Origin: Ginglymostoma cirratum
Lineage: Eukaryota
Reading direction: 5' to 3'
DNA: 64,000 nucleotides
Assembly (NCBI GenBank): GCA_024137785.1
Contig: JAHRHZ010000049.1
Span: 124,001 to 188,000 of the forward strand
Under the pieces are notes generated by a model. The model was not told the origin of the DNA. It saw only the letters and a list, made by a program, of their open reading frames with translations, and searched no databases. Below are positions 24,250-38,800 of this stretch, in pieces. Position 1 is the stretch's first letter. Each line of letters starts with the position of its first letter. The position numbers were made by a program, and so were the translations under genes.

Positions 24250-25570
24250 GAGACCTTGGGTCAGAAGTGATTGCAGAAGTATGAAAGGAAAATCCATTGG
24301 AAGACAATTTATAGAGTTAGAAACGTTAGTAGTTACAGCAATGCACTTAGATAGTTTCCCTTGTAAGAGAGAAATCATATTTGACAAATCTTACTGGAAT
24401 TATTTGAAGGCGTATGTGCAGTCAATAAAGCAGAACTGGATGACATACTGTACTTAGACTTCCAAAAGACAAGTGATAAAGTGCCTCATCAAATACATGT
24501 TTGTATGTTCACAAACGTTATTGAGGCAAATGAAAGCTCATGGTACACGAGGTAACATATTGGCATAGATAAAAGATGGTTGGCTAAAAGGAAGCAATTA
24601 GGAGTCATAAATGGGTCTTTTTCTGATTGGCAAGATGTTACAAGTGGTATTCCACGAACATCATTACTGGGACCTCAACTGTTTACAACTTATACAAATG
24701 ACTCTGATGAAAGGACAAAAGGTACGGTTGCCAAATTTACTGATGACAAAGATAGGTAGGAAAGTAAACTATGAAGAGGACTTAAGGAGGCTACAAAAAT
24801 ATATATGTAGATTAAGCGAGTGGGTAAAGACGTGGCAAATAGAGAAAATGGGAAATTGTTATTTTTGGTAGGAAGCATGAAAAGAAAGCATGTTGTTTAA
24901 ATGGTGTGAAAACTGCGGAGCTCAGGAGGTGCAGACGGAATTGTGAATGAATTGTACAAAGTTAATATGCAGGAACAGCAAGTAACAAGGAAAGCTAATG
25001 GAAAACAACGATCATTTATCATAATAAGAATTTAATACAAAAGTAGGAAGGGTATGCTCGAATTTTACAGGGCTCAAGGAGGGATGGAGTGAATCGACAA
25101 TCAGAAATGGTTTACTCAACTAATACACTGAATGGGGCTTAGCTGTGTGAAGAGGAAAGGGTGGAGAGGCTAGGCTTGTACCTTCTAGAGCTTAGAAAAG
25201 TAAATGGTGTCATGATTGAATCACGCAAGATCTGAGTGGTCTTGCCCAGGTAGATATGGAATGGCTGTTTAGCACTGTATATAAATCAGTGTTACTCATT
25301 TAAAAGAGATATAGCCTTTTTGCCCTAAGAGGGTCGAGAGCTTTTGGAACTCTCTCCATGTAATAACAGTAGAAGCAGAGTCTTTGAACATCTAACAATC
25401 CTCAAATATCTTTAAGGCAGAAGTAGGTAGATTCTTGTTAAGCAAGGGTGTGAAAGGTCATCAAGAGAATGTAGGAATGTAGGTTGGAGATTACAATCAA
25501 ACCAGTCATTATCCTATTAAATGGCAGGACAGGCTTATACAGCTGAAAGGTCTACTCTTGCTCCTTATTC
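24250..25570 (+). mobile_element. Old CR1 (RT to 3' end)
   Basis: YLDFQK..DKVPH, VAKFTDD and 3' tail remnants. Confidence 0.8.
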
Positions 25571-25660
25571 TTTTATTTATATGGAATAGATTAGTGCCTT
25601 CACATACTGGCAATAGTATTTGTATCATCAACCTGAAGATTGAGATTTAATTAGTCTTAC

Positions 25661-25712
25661 CTCGTTGAGGTACATCACAGGAAACACAAGTGTTTGGACA
25701 TTCTCAGTCTGA
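25661..25712 (-). CDS. SCARB2: SCARB2 exon 10
   Basis: 52 nt, ttgcag|...|gtaaga; QTENVQTLVFPVMYLNE. Confidence 0.95.
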
Positions 25713-28700
25713 CTGCAAAAGTAAAGTAGAAAATTTTAGTAATAACTAGAAAATATTCCTCTCAATTTCTGTCCTCTACAGTTTTACAAAGTCACCTTCC
25801 TTCTACTGCTCTCCTTTGAGGCCAAACAACTGAGCATGGAATTACTGGGCACTTTTTAAATCTTTGCACAGCTTAGCAGGGCAGAAGTGGATGGATTGTA
25901 TATACTGAGGAAGAAAGGGGAACAGGCATCACTGCTCAACTGCCAGTCCTCAACCACTGCAGACCTATCAGGGTGGGCTGGATAGTAATGAGAAGGAATC
26001 CATTCTTGCATTCCACATCGCCTGTTGTGCAAGTCGAAGGCACTGGAGACAACTGAAACATCCATCGTTGTGAATGATAGCGAATGCACTACATGCGTGA
26101 CTTCGGACTATAACATAAGTCACTATATTAATATATGCACTGAACACATCGAGTCAGCTTTAGCAGTGATGCAAAAACGAGGTACACTTAAAACAAAGCT
26201 TCTGCAGTTGAAAAAAAACTATTCCTACTTCCAAGTACAAGTATCTGAAAATGGTATGAATCCAACACATGCCGTCTGTTTCTTTTAAAATCTTACACTC
26301 TTGTACTTTTATTTATGCCAATGGACCTAGAATAACACCTACGCCCTTACTTTAAGCCTAAACATTGTTACAATCCTTGCAGACCAGCTCTCTCCTCTCT
26401 ACTTTACCTGGGTGAATCTTCCAGTGACCTTTTAAAAGATGTCCCTTCACTCAGACCTTCTGATCGCAATTGAATGGATGTCTCATTGCCAGGGACCCTC
26501 TGGTGATTCTGTGCAATTTAACCATTGCTTGGTGGTTAACTTACAGCACGTTTTGTGGATTTTCATCCTCTAAAATCTTAGTCTGACAGCCTCTGGGCTG
26601 CGTGAAGTTGCAACAGCCTTCTCCTGCGTGCCCTGAGGTTAAAGCACGGGCCTCAATTTTCATACTGTATTAGGTACTGGAAAGTACGACTAGTGTAGAT
26701 TCAATACAGCCTTGACAGTACACACGATGGGATGAAGAGCCCCTTCTGTACTGTATGACTCTACCCTTGACCTGGGCTTCTCTTCTCATGGCAACCAGGT
26801 GACATGGATTTCTTCCTGGGCAGACTTTGTACGAGGTCACATGCTTCTCTTCACTCTTCTATTATATAATTGATTGAATTCAATCAGTTTAAAACACAAA
26901 TCACAGCATACATTCTGTACTGCTGAGAATATTTCCATGCAAGAGATGAATAAAATATAACTCATCTATAATGCCCAGTTGTCATTACAACATATTTTGC
27001 CAATGCTTCAGGCACAATTCAGCTCTGAATTACATTAGTTACAGTTTCATATTAGGCCATAAATGTTACATATCTTGTAGGTAACAGCAACAAAATGTTG
27101 AGAGGTCTTATAACCTATATCTACTATATAAAAATATAGTTGGACAATGAATAGTCAAACAATGAAAGGCAAAATCGTCATAATCCACCATAAATTTTTT
27201 TTTGGAAATGAGATCACTTAGAATAGAATAGTATGTAAAGCATCATTTTGGTTTAATCTTAATATTCATTTGTGAACAATAACCAATGCAGTAGTAGGTC
27301 GTTCATGTGGTTGGGCAGTGAAATACAAAAATTTCTGTTGCCAAACAGTTGGTGATTCTTGCTTTTTTTTTTAAAAAAAAAATTGGATGGGAATTTAAAC
27401 CACATTTCAAGAATTTCTAATGGAACATAGCAGCTTTGCCTGCCTGACAGAGCCCAACGCTCTGTAAAAATTGCCTTGGATCACAGACAAAAACCAAAAA
27501 TGCACATGACATTATCTTTTAAACATTATATTCTTGGGGAATCAATTAACTTCTTTGCATTATGCAGAGAGGCAAAGTTTATACTGATGCTCCCAAACTT
27601 GCACTTCAGGTGCAGCAGGCAAGAAATTTAAATCTCAACTCTGGTAATGTTTAGAAGGCTTTATCTGGATCACTAGTCAACTTGTGCCATTTGCCATCCT
27701 TCTTCAGTTTATATGTTAATGAAGCAACACAAATTTACATTCTCACTTAGAAACCTTCACAAAAAGAAATTAAGAACTGGCTGTGAGTACCAACTCAAAT
27801 GGAAACCAGGACATGAAAAGCTGGATAATGTGTCCTAGAATAGTTAAGTTAAGATAAATGAGAGTTGTAGCCAAGACAGAAAAGCAGTGAGAAAATAAAA
27901 TGGGAAAGCTAAAGAATAATGTGGTAAGCAAAACTGAAGTAACGAAAACGTCGTTTTCAGTTCCAAGATAGTACAACACAAACTACTGTGGCAGTTTTAG
28001 TAACTTATTAACATTATTTCACCTTCACTGTACACAAGCTTAAAACATACAAAATCAAATGGTCCAAAAAGGCTAAAATTTCATCGATCTACTGCAGGTT
28101 GAGGAGTTTAATCAGTTGCCCTTATCACTGGACTGAAATTTTAAATCTACAAGGTCTGCACATCTGCAATGCAATCGAGAATGTGCCACAACTGAAATTT
28201 TCTGGTGCATTATATTTAAAAATTAAATTCCATACAAGGCAGAAGTAAAAATGATAAGTGTGCAAAAGGTGACCAATTCAATTGTTTGCACAATTACAAT
28301 GCATGGTCACTTTGGTTAAATGTATTTGGTTTGGTCGAATTCCTTTGTAGATCAGTTTCTGAAAAACTGTTCAAATAAATTAGAAAAAACACTCAAAAGG
28401 ATAGTGAAAGTTTTAAGACACTGATGCAAGGAACAACATATTTCCATGTTGCCTTTTGACAACATCTACTATCTAGACTGCACTTTATAACTTACTTCAT
28501 TTCCATCAACTTACGGTCATTGCACTGAACTGTAAAACTTATTAGAGGTCATCTCACAAAGTGACTTACATAAGTACATAACCATTATATAATTGGATCA
28601 GTACCATAGAACACATACTTTCAGTGACAGAAAACTACCGAAAAACATGATCAGACGAAAATTGACATCAACTAAGAAAAGACTTATCAAGAGAGATGAA

Positions 28701-29594
28701 GCAGAGAAAGAGATGGCCAAGAGTGGGCAGTTTTTAATGAGGGTCTTTAAAAGGAGGGAGACAGAGATTTAGAGACGTACGGTCAAGAATTCCAAAAGGA
28801 GTGTGCCTGGAGAGCTCACGTCACTGCTAACAACAGAGAGTCAAAAACGTGTTCTGTGCCTCATCGAGTGTGAGCTTCAATTCTTGCACTTTAGTCTGGA
28901 GTGGGATTTAAACCCATAATCTTTGGATTTGAAGACCAGAGTATCAATAATGGATACTCCAAAAGGGTGTGTAGGTTTCCAACACAGGATAAGAGAAGGA
29001 AGACTGCATCATCTGCAAAGGCAGAAGGCAGAAACACTGCAAGGTGGTCCCAATCATTCTGGTTCAATACATCACTGACGTCCGAACATTGACCCATCAA
29101 AAACATTCGAATAATGATGGTGCCTCTCCAGGTTCTCACTTTAAGCCAAGTCACACAAAGATTTCCACCAAGGTCCATTTGCCAAGTTCTGAGGTGATGG
29201 AGAATTGGTGACAGGGGCAGGGCTATGAACCTGGGAGCCCTTAGACAAGGATATTCACACAGGCAACAGATCCATAAAGGTTATTGTCTGAATAACTGAA
29301 TACCATCTCCCACACCATATCCTCTTTTCTCAACTCTCAGATAACTAATGTTTCAGAGTAAAACTAATAAAATGTTTCATAGACACTTGTTCTCAATGGA
29401 ATGCATCCTTAATGACTGTAAGGAGCTCACGACTAATATCTCCAATGATGAAAATTTGTCCATCAAGCAGCAATATGATTAGAGTCCAAATGCCTTAATG
29501 AAGGAAAAAAAGTAAATCTTTTACTCTGGTTCTCATTAACTCATGGGTCATCCTGCTGCAAAAGCCCAAAGATCGGTGGGTCTTTGATCAGAAA

Positions 29595-29812
29595 TCATAG
29601 AATCCCTACAGTGTGGAGGCAGGCCATTTGGCCCATTGAGTCCACCTGCCAATCCTATCCACGTAACCCCACATTTCCCATGGCAAATCTACCTAACCTG
29701 CACATCTTTGGACTGTGGAAGGAAACCAGTGCACCCGCAGGAAACCCACACAGACACTGGGAGAACACACAGACGGTCACCGGAATTGAAACCCGGCACT
29801 GTGAGGTAGCAC
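29595..29812 (-). mobile_element. HE1-like V-SINE (internally deleted)
   Basis: Homologous to 16552-16875 and 35007-35312. Confidence 0.8.
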
Positions 29813-30204
29813 CCCATGCACTTGTCAACATGCACAACTGTGAATAGAACTCTCAACACCAAAGCTTGATTAAACAGACAAGAAAATAATTTACTGACCA
29901 TATAGAATTAAAATGTTATGCATGGAAATGTGAGTACACTTAGAACAAACCAGTGTAGCTGTCGTCATCATTAAAAGTGCGGAAAGATATATTGTGTAGT
30001 GTTATAAAAAATTATTGAGCAACATCTTCAAATTTATGATCTGCATTTCACCTGCCAAGTTAGCCATGAATAAACAGATTTCACAAATGGGTGGAACCCT
30101 AAAAACCATTGATTTAATAAAAAATCCACACATAGAAGTCACAACAATTATAGCAGTACCCCCAAATGTTAACTGATTGGGAACAGCAGAAGAAGCCTCC
30201 ATTA

Positions 30205-30538
30205 ATTCATTCATGGGATGCGTGCATTGCTAGCTAGGCCAGCCCCAACAGCCCAAAAACCAGTTAATCATACACAATGTTACTATGGGTCTGGAGTCAC
30301 GTGTAGTCCAGACCAGGTAAGGACAGCGATTTTCTTTCCTAAAGAACATTATTGAACCACATGGGGTTTTTTAATCTGACAATCAACAATAGTTTCAAGG
30401 TCATCATTAGACTCCTAATTGTAAATAGTTACTCAATTCAAATTCTACCATGGCAGGATTTGAACCAGAGTTACCAGAACAGTACCAGGGTCTCTGGACT
30501 AACCGTCTAATGATACCACTAGGCTATCACCTATCCTT
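30205..30538 (-). mobile_element. tRNA-headed SINE (same family as 14372-14705)
   Basis: Reverse complement homology over head, body and tail. Confidence 0.8.
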
Positions 30539-30639
30539 GGCTGATACAATAATATCTGTGATGCAAAGTTATGGTGCACCACCACAGTGCACAGTGCTAC
30601 AAGCAACTGTGGAAGTGACAAAAGATCCCAGTGTCAGCA

Positions 30640-32908
30640 GCTGCACAAACATAAGCCGTGGTGTTCAGAGCTCAAGTGGTGCCTGAAATCACTGAGATGC
30701 ATGTGTGAGGCAGAGCTATGTGGACAGATGTTCAGAGAGGTGGTCTTACCACAAATTAGCAGTAAGCAGGCAGATAGGATTAGGTTACCACCAGACAATC
30801 CAAGGAAAACAGGCAAGTAGCATGGGACTCACCAGAAGACCTGTTCACTGACTGGTTATCCATTCCACGTACCGGTAAAGGTGATGGCTCCTCAAAGGAA
30901 TGCAGCAAGCGCGAAACCCTTGGCACCACAGGTAGCCAGGCTGCACAGAAAGGGAGGTTGATGAGTGGCAGAGCAATAGTGATAAGGGATTCATTAGACA
31001 GGGGAGCAGACAGGCATTTCTGTGGTCAGTGAAGAGAATCTAGGACGGTATGTTGCCTCCCAAGAGCTGGGGCATGGATGTCACAGAATTGCTGCAGGAC
31101 CTTCTGTGGGCGAGGGTGCAAGATTAGCGGTTGCAGTCCATATTGGAATTAATGACATACTATGAAGGGGGAAATATAGTTCTACAATCAGAATATACAA
31201 AGCAAGGCAGAAAACTGGTGAGCAGGACCTGTAAAGTAGCAATCTATAAGTAGATAAGACAGGCAAATGCATGCCTAGAAAGATAGCGCAGAAGAAAGGA
31301 CTTTAGATTTTTGGGACACAGGGACTAGCTGTGGGGGAGATGAAATTTGTACAAGTCAGGCAGGTTGCACCTGAATGGGAGTTTTGCTGGTGCTGTTAGG
31401 GACAATTTACATTAGCATAGCAGGGATGTGGTAAACAGGAGAGAATATTAGAAAGCAATACCAGAGTACACAAAATACTTGGAGAGGTGGACAGCACTAG
31501 AATTGAGAAGAGCAAATGAATGGATGGATTCAGAATAAGAAAAGTAAGTTTAAATCAGAGAATTACTTTGTGAACACACAAGAGTGTAGTTAAGATGATC
31601 AACTTAATTTAAAATAGAACAACAAAAGGAATAAGTTAAGAAAGACTTTAGTGTTAACTAACTCCTTATTTCTTTATTTTTCTACCTAGTCTATGAAGTA
31701 ATGCTTAACTTTTTAACACTGTTTCTCTTACTACTTTATACCTAATTAGGTTGGTACCTAAAATGACAAGTTATGTGGTGACATTATATACTTTTCATTG
31801 TACTCGTCTACTTGAGTGCATGTGACAATAAAATCTAAATCTAAAGGCAGTTTGCCTTATGAGATCATGATACTGTGGTGATAACAGTGGCCTGCTTCAA
31901 GAAAGTGGGACTGACTTAAATAATCCTGATAATAATGAGTTCAGAAAAGATCAGAAATGTGAAAAAAATTAGACTACTTTTAACGAAGAACACAGAGTGC
32001 TAGAGAAAGACACATCCCAGAGAGTTCAAGGTCAAAATTGATTTGACTGGTACTAAGGAACAAAAAAAGTGCAATTATATTTCTTGTTGTAGTGTATAGA
32101 TCACCCAGTGGTGCATAGGATATAGACGACCAAATGTGCAAGGAAATTACAGAGCAGTGTAAACATCAGAGTAGTTTGGTGGACTTTAATTATCTGAATA
32201 CAGACTGGGATAGTGGTAGCGTAAACCGCAGAGGTGAGCAAAGGCAAACATTCTGAGATTGCATTCAGGAGAATTTCCTACAGCATTACATGTCCAGACC
32301 AAGAAAGGAAACATTTCTAGAACTGGTGCTTGGAAAAGAGCAAGACCAAGCAGATCAAGTAACAGTGAGGAGACAGTGATCATTGTATCGTAAGGATGGT
32401 GCAAAATGACACTGGTCAATCCAGACTAAGTATAATCAACTGGTGGAGAGTGGACTTCAATTATCCAAGAACAGAGCTGGGCTGGGTAGACTTTAAATGT
32501 AAGGTTGGTAGTAGAATCCCAAAGACTTTAATAGGCACATAAATGGTAAAGGGTGGTAAGAACAGAAATAGAGCCAATTAGAAACTAAGAAGTGGTTTTA
32601 TAGATGGAGGCAGGACACATTCCATGTGCAACATCCTCCACATGTTCAATGAATAATTTCGTCGTCTACTGCCCAAGACAGAGGAGGAAACTCATCACTA
32701 GAAAGATTTAAAATTAGGAAGGAGATATTGGATAAACTACTGGAAATTAAAATTGATATGGCACAGGAATCAGATGAGATGTGTCAAAAGATTTTGAAGG
32801 AAATGACAGTGGAAATTGCAGAGGCACCAGCATATAATCTTTCAATCTTTCCTAGATTTGGGGGTGGTTCCAGGGGACTGGAGAATTGAAAATATTACAC
32901 CTTTATTC
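30640..32908 (+). mobile_element. Old long CR1 (ORF1 esterase-like region, APE, start of RT), interrupted by the LTR element
   Basis: RAIVIRDSL / VCCLP / VHIGIND ORF1 remnants; ends at VPGDWRIENITPLF immediately before the LTR TG. Confidence 0.75.
31650..31845 (+). mobile_element. Short non-LTR 3' tail (Rex1/Babar-like); second copy at about 38575-38820
   Basis: Shared cctaaaatg...tacttgagt(g/a)catgtgacaa end; family assignment tentative. Confidence 0.5.
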
Positions 32909-33731
32909 TGTTGGCCAGGAACTGATCACACACATGGAAACAACAGCTTGTAAACTGAAGTAACCAGAGTCCCATCCACTGGCTTGTGCTGGTGGAACCA
33001 GTTGGAACTGATGTGACTCAGGAAAACAAAGAAGGTGACTTAAGGTGCAAATCTTTATTTGGTGGAAGATTACGAAGGCCAGAGCCTACAATGAAAGACC
33101 ACAGGCTTAGCAGATGAGCCAGAGCCAACAAAAGCAAGACACCCCAGTTCAGAAAGATAAGGAAAAAAGGATGAAAATGAAGGATTTTGTGAATGCAGCC
33201 AGCAAAAACTCCAGAGATCAAACTTCACAGAAGTGGAGGACTTCTATGGAAGCATAGAGACTACATCAAGGACCCAAGGAATCGCCTGGCCAAGGTGAAC
33301 TCCTATTCTCAGGTATTAGCCTTTATATTCTGTGACTGTTCAGTGAATGTCAGGAAACTTAGTGGGTGCACGCATAGGTTTTAGTCTTGTATGAATTGCA
33401 TGCTTGCTTTTCACCCTTTCTTCACACCATATGGTGTGAATTGTATATCTGTTTTGACTTAACTAAAGTTAGTTCACAAGTGAAGAAAATAAACAGAGTT
33501 AACGTTTTGGGTCCAGTGACCCTTCCTCAGAACTCTGAGGAACAGTCACTAGACCAGAAACGTTAACTCTGATTTTTTTTTCTTCACAGATGCTGCCAGA
33601 CCTGCTGAGCTTTTCCAGCAAATTCTGTTTTTGTTCCTGATTTACAGCGTCTGCGGTTCTTTCAGTTTTTAATAAAATTAGTTGTTAGTTGATACAGATT
33701 TGACTCTCTTTCTCTTTGTTCCAAACCAACA
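32909..33731 (+). repeat. Putative 5' LTR, containing a palindromic Penelope-derived insert at about 33480-33670
   Basis: Begins TGTTGG exactly where the CR1 frame breaks and ends CCAACA (6-bp terminal inverted repeat); AATAAA near 33671. Confidence 0.65.
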
Positions 33732-35006
33732 ATTTGTTGAGGGTGGTAGCTGGGCAACACGATTGGCATACCTGAGGGGTGTAGAAAAGAAGCAGTTTGA
33801 CTGCTCCAACACCAGACTTGCCTCCAGCTCCTAAGCAAAAACATCCGGCCTGAGGTCCCAAGGGAGTGCCAGGAGGGAGAAGGAGCTAAAATTGACAGTG
33901 GAGTGAATCCTGAAGGACACAGAGCTTTTAAGTTAAAGGGTGCTCTGTGTCTTCTATACTAACTTCCACCGAGGTTAACTGTTGTCACAGACACAGACAG
34001 ACAGTGGGCGTCTCAAGGTTAAATCTCTCCGTTGAGTCAGTGGGAGACTCAATTTGGATCTGATTGTGAGAGTACAGAGAGAACTAGAGTCAGGGATTAA
34101 TTAAATACTACTAATCCAGGAAGATGAAGCAAAGGGAATCTCCGAGTCCTGGGGATTTGGATTGTTTTGATTGGAGGGGACTCCTCCAAATGTACATAAC
34201 GGGCAAGTGTCCGCAACTCCGGGAGAATGCTGGTCACTCCAGCAGTGAGAGAAAAACCGCTGGGAAAACCCTTTGGAAGGCTGCGCAAAGGAAACTGCTG
34301 ACAGGGAATTTAGAAAAGTTGCAGAAGTCCGTAGCAGTCGACTGTCTGCTGGAGGACTGGGCAGAAAAACCATCAGGAAAAGCTGAAGCTGGCAGATGAT
34401 CTTTGGAAGGAGTTAAACAGGTTTACAGAAAAAGCTGAGAATTATTGAACCCAGATGAAACAGTATGAGATAGAGTACAAGAAATTAAAGAGAGAGAGAG
34501 AGAGAGAGAGAAATAAATTAGAAGGCATTTAAACAAGATCATGAGGAGAAAGTGGCGTTGAAAAAGCAGTGCAATAATTTGAAGACTGCTATGAATGCAG
34601 TACATAAAACAGCTCAGGAGAGGAGCAGTACTATGGGAGATCGAAGTGTTTAGAGAGATAGAGAAATTACAGAGCTACATCTTGGCTCAGTGAGGCATAA
34701 GTGGGTACCTTCACACCCTTACCCTTTGAAGAGGAAGAGGAAGAGAAAATGTTAACTGGGGAGGTTTAACAGATACAGCTGCAAGGTGCAGCGAGGAAGA
34801 TAACCAGAACCCCCGAGTGAAAAGGGGAGGACTCAGCCACATCTGCTCCAATGCCTCCTGTAGTGACAAGTCGGACCAGAGTAGGGGATTGCTCAGGCTA
34901 TTAACTATTCCACTCCCTTTGCATTCTCAGAACTGAGCAACATTGCCAAATTTGTAGGTATGTGTCAGCTTAGGGATGATCCACTGGACCAGCATACTCC
35001 TAGCAT

Positions 35007-35312
35007 GGGCAGCACGGTAGCTGTTAGCATTGCTGCATCACAGTGCCAGGGACCTGGGTTCAATTCCACCCTCGGGTGACTGTCTGTGTGGAGTCTGCAC
35101 ATTCTCCCAGGGTCTGTGTGGGTTTCCTCCGGGTGCTCCGGTTTCCTCCCACAATGCAAAGGTGTGCAGGCAAGGTGGATTGGCCATGCTAAATTGCCTG
35201 TAGTGTTCAGGGATGATGTTTATTTGGGGGATGGGTCTGGGCAAGATACTCCGAGGGTCAGTGTGGACTTGTTGGGCTGAAGGGCCCGTTTCCACACTGT
35301 AGGGATTATACG
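35007..35312 (+). mobile_element. HE1-like V-SINE inserted in the gag region
   Basis: tRNA head, V-domain gtgggtttcctccgggtgctccggtttcctcccaca, CR1-type tail. Confidence 0.9.
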
Positions 35313-35620
35313 ATTCTCCGAGTTGCGGCCACTTGCCCATTACATTTGGAGGAGTCCCGTCCAATTAAAACAATTCAAATCCCCAAGGACAAACTCCCAG
35401 AGATTGATATACGGATCAGATAATGACAAGAAAAAATTAATATTAATGTGCCTGCACCCAAACGTTCTCACAGCCCTACCAAAAAAATAAAGGGCTAATG
35501 GGCAGGACGTGAGCCCTCACTCATTTAAAGGAACTTTTTTTTTTACAGCTCTGGGAGCTGACAGAGGTGGTCCTGTAGAATCATTAAATAAGTGCAAAAA
35601 ACACCCAACAGCTTTCACTC

Positions 35621-35833
35621 AGAGATAGTAGGAAGTGCCGATGCTGGAGTGCGAGATTACAAGGTGTGGAGCTGGATGAACACAGCAGGTCAAGCAGCAT
35701 CAGAGGGCAGGAAAGCTGACGTTTCGGGTCTGGGCCCTTCTTCTGAAGGCTGCCAGTCCCGAAACGTCAGCTTTCCTGCTCCTCTGATGCTGCCTGACCT
35801 GCTGTGTTCATCCAGCTCCACACCTTGTTATCT
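35621..35833. mobile_element. Palindromic Penelope-derived element
   Basis: Inverted arms around 35743; flanking duplication caacagctttca(c/g)tc at 35606-35620 and 35834-35848. Confidence 0.8.
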
Positions 35834-38800
35834 CAACAGCTTTCAGTCCTCCACTCTGTTCGGGGTTCGGGAATATTTATGGGCCGGATTTAGATCGCCA
35901 GAACCTACAGGACTGAGTGGGGCTGCTGTGGTTACATGGTATCACATGGTACAGAGAACTTAAAAAAAAAAAAGGTTTGCAACTTGGTTGACCGACAGAG
36001 GCCACACACATAGACGCATGGAGAATAAGACAGGTGAATAGAGCATGGGAAAAGTAAAAGTAAAATCCAAATATGACGAACTTGGCTAGGAATGGCATCA
36101 GCTAATACTGCCAGGAGGGATCAGGGTGGCTGGGGATGCTGGTAAAATAAAGGAAGGAGGTCTGTGCTGAGAGACCTGCGCCCGCCATCGGCGACAGACG
36201 ACCCCTAGAAAGAGCTAACCAGTGTTTAAATCTGCAGAGTGGGACACTACACTGGAGACTGTCTGAAATGCAAGTCCAATCCTTGCCACTAGAGGGACCC
36301 CAGCCCATATCACGAAATAACATATGGCCAAGTGAGGCAATGAGATGGTTATACCACTGCTCACAACGACAACTTCAGGCCTCTCTAACATGGAGGGGTG
36401 ATGCCAGGAGGGCTGGAACAGGAAGACCCATGGTGGACTGTGGGTTGGCTTCCAACCCTATCACTTTTCTTTGTGACACAGGAGGATCCCAAACCACCCT
36501 AAACACATCCACTTTACATCAACATAGCTGGAAAACAGAAGCACAAATTATTCTGACTGGGTTTAAAGGACATTCCCAAGCAGGATAGGTAACTACTCCT
36601 TTAATTGTCCAGATTGGATCGGTACTCTTACAGCACTGGGTTGTCCTACTACGACTACCACAGCAGGAAGGACGTATTTTGGGAAGTGACTACATGGTAA
36701 GAGCCAGTTTTGTTTTGATCTGGTAAACCGTATGAAGTGGCAAATGCCAGGAATTGAACGAGGAACAGTCTGTCACTGCAATTCCAGTTGGCCATTACAG
36801 GGAACAGGTTTGCACAGTGGGAGAAATGTGGAGAAACCCTACAGATGTGAGCTTTGCTCTAACGATCCAGGCCATACTAATAGAGAACCAAAATGCTTTT
36901 GCCAAAAGTAAACACAATTGCCGGAGGATGCAGGGGTTTTTCTTTTACATCCAAGGATGAGACTTGAAGCCACAGAAACAATACGGGTTTCTCAAACAAG
37001 GAGGAGACATCGAAAAAGCAATCCAGAGTCTAGTAACTCAGAGTACTACGACCTGTCACGTCCAGAAATAATTCTACAATTTGGCCCATTAAAAAGCCAA
37101 ACAGAAACTGGCAATTGACTACAGCGAACTAAGTAAAGTCACACCTATGGGTAGGTCCTAGCCCTGAAATTATAATTAAACAAAGCAAGTTAGCACAATG
37201 GTTTACAGTGTTAGACATCAACAATGGATTTTGGTCAATCCCTTTGACCAAGGGGTGTCAGTATAAATTTGCATTTACCTTTCAAGGACGGCAATGTACG
37301 TGGATAGCTTTACCACAGGGATTCAACAATTCCTCATGAATTTTTCATGAATGGTTAAGCAATGGGTTAGGGATTTTTCTAGGCCAGACTGTTTGATACA
37401 ATATGTCAATGACTTCTTTTGACAAACAAGAATGGAATGTGAGCATTACCAGTTCCTAAATGAGTTATTGCAACTATTAAAAGGAACTTGGGTTGAAAGT
37501 GAACCCAAAAAAGCTTCAGACAATGAGGCAAGAAGTGAGTTACTTAGGAGTAGTCTTAACACTGGGGGGAAAAAGTAGAAGAACAACAAATTGAAACAGC
37601 AGTTGAACTTTCCATCCCTACAGATTTGAAGGGATTAAGGTCATTTTTAGGCTTAATTGAGTATTGTAGAGACCTTATTGATAGTTTTGCCACCAACATA
37701 GCACCATTAATGATGTTATTAGAGAAAAATGCCCCACGAGAATGGAAGCCAGGACACACACAAGCAATAACAGCTTTGAAGTAGGGCTTGGTGAGCACTC
37801 CTGTCCTGTTTACCCCGAACCATTCTCCTTAGAGGTGGCTCCAACAGATTCCACAACATCAGTGGCCTTATTACAGGTGGTGTACGGTCAGTTAAGACCA
37901 GTAGCCTATGCCTCGCGCAGGCTTGTGCCAACACAGCATGTGAAAAGTATTTGTTGGCCTTCTGGGTGGTAGAATATTTTACCTACATTGTAAGGTGGAG
38001 CCTGTTGACAATTTTGACAGAATATACACCCATTCAAATGCTGCTGGATACACGCATCAACAATGGCGCAGTAAGCCAAAATAGAATTGCCAGATGGACA
38101 CTGACCACTGTAGTTACAGGAGAGAAATATAGCAGTAAAAGGGGTGAAAACCACTACTTAGTTAGGCAACAACTTAGTGTATCAAGGAGAAAAACATGAG
38201 TGCCAAGTTATGATACAAATGGTCCTGTGGGATCATTTGCTATCAAATCAAAAAAGGAAGGAATACGGGTAATTAACAAAATTTTTTTTTTAAAAATTTG
38301 TTAACTGCTCTTCATCTGTGCAGATAGGACAATAAAAGATGCCAAAGAAACAAACCACTCCTCGATCCCACCACAAAAAGAAATTGGTTCGGAAGAAACG
38401 GATAGCTAGAGTCCGAAGAAAATTGGGAGCAGGACTTGGATGAACTAGTAGGAAAAATTGAGAATTTAGACTTAAAATAAATGTAAGAAACAAGGTGAAA
38501 ATAAGAGAAGTTACACTTGTGTATTACAGGCCTCGTGCAAGATGAAGGGAATAACATATCTCATTGCAACCGGGTTAACCGTGACAGGGGCCACAGTCAG
38601 ACTCGCTCTGGAACTCTAACTTTAGTTCTTATTTTTCTTATACTATTAATATCTGTAAGGTGATGCAACTTTTTTTTTCCCTTTGTCTATCTATTTTGTA
38701 TCAAACGTATTTACCCCAGTACTGTGTGCCTAAAATGGTACCATGTGGGGGGATATTGTAAACTTTTTACCACACTCCTCTACTTCTGTACTTGAGTACA

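Noticed and set aside
33732-33755. Primer binding site after the 5' LTR
   Set aside because: atttgttgagggtggtagc lacks a clean TGG start and I could not match it to a tRNA 3' end
34489-34511. (AG)n run in the gag region; also the G run near 1411-1422
   Set aside because: Ordinary simple repeats with no evidence of function
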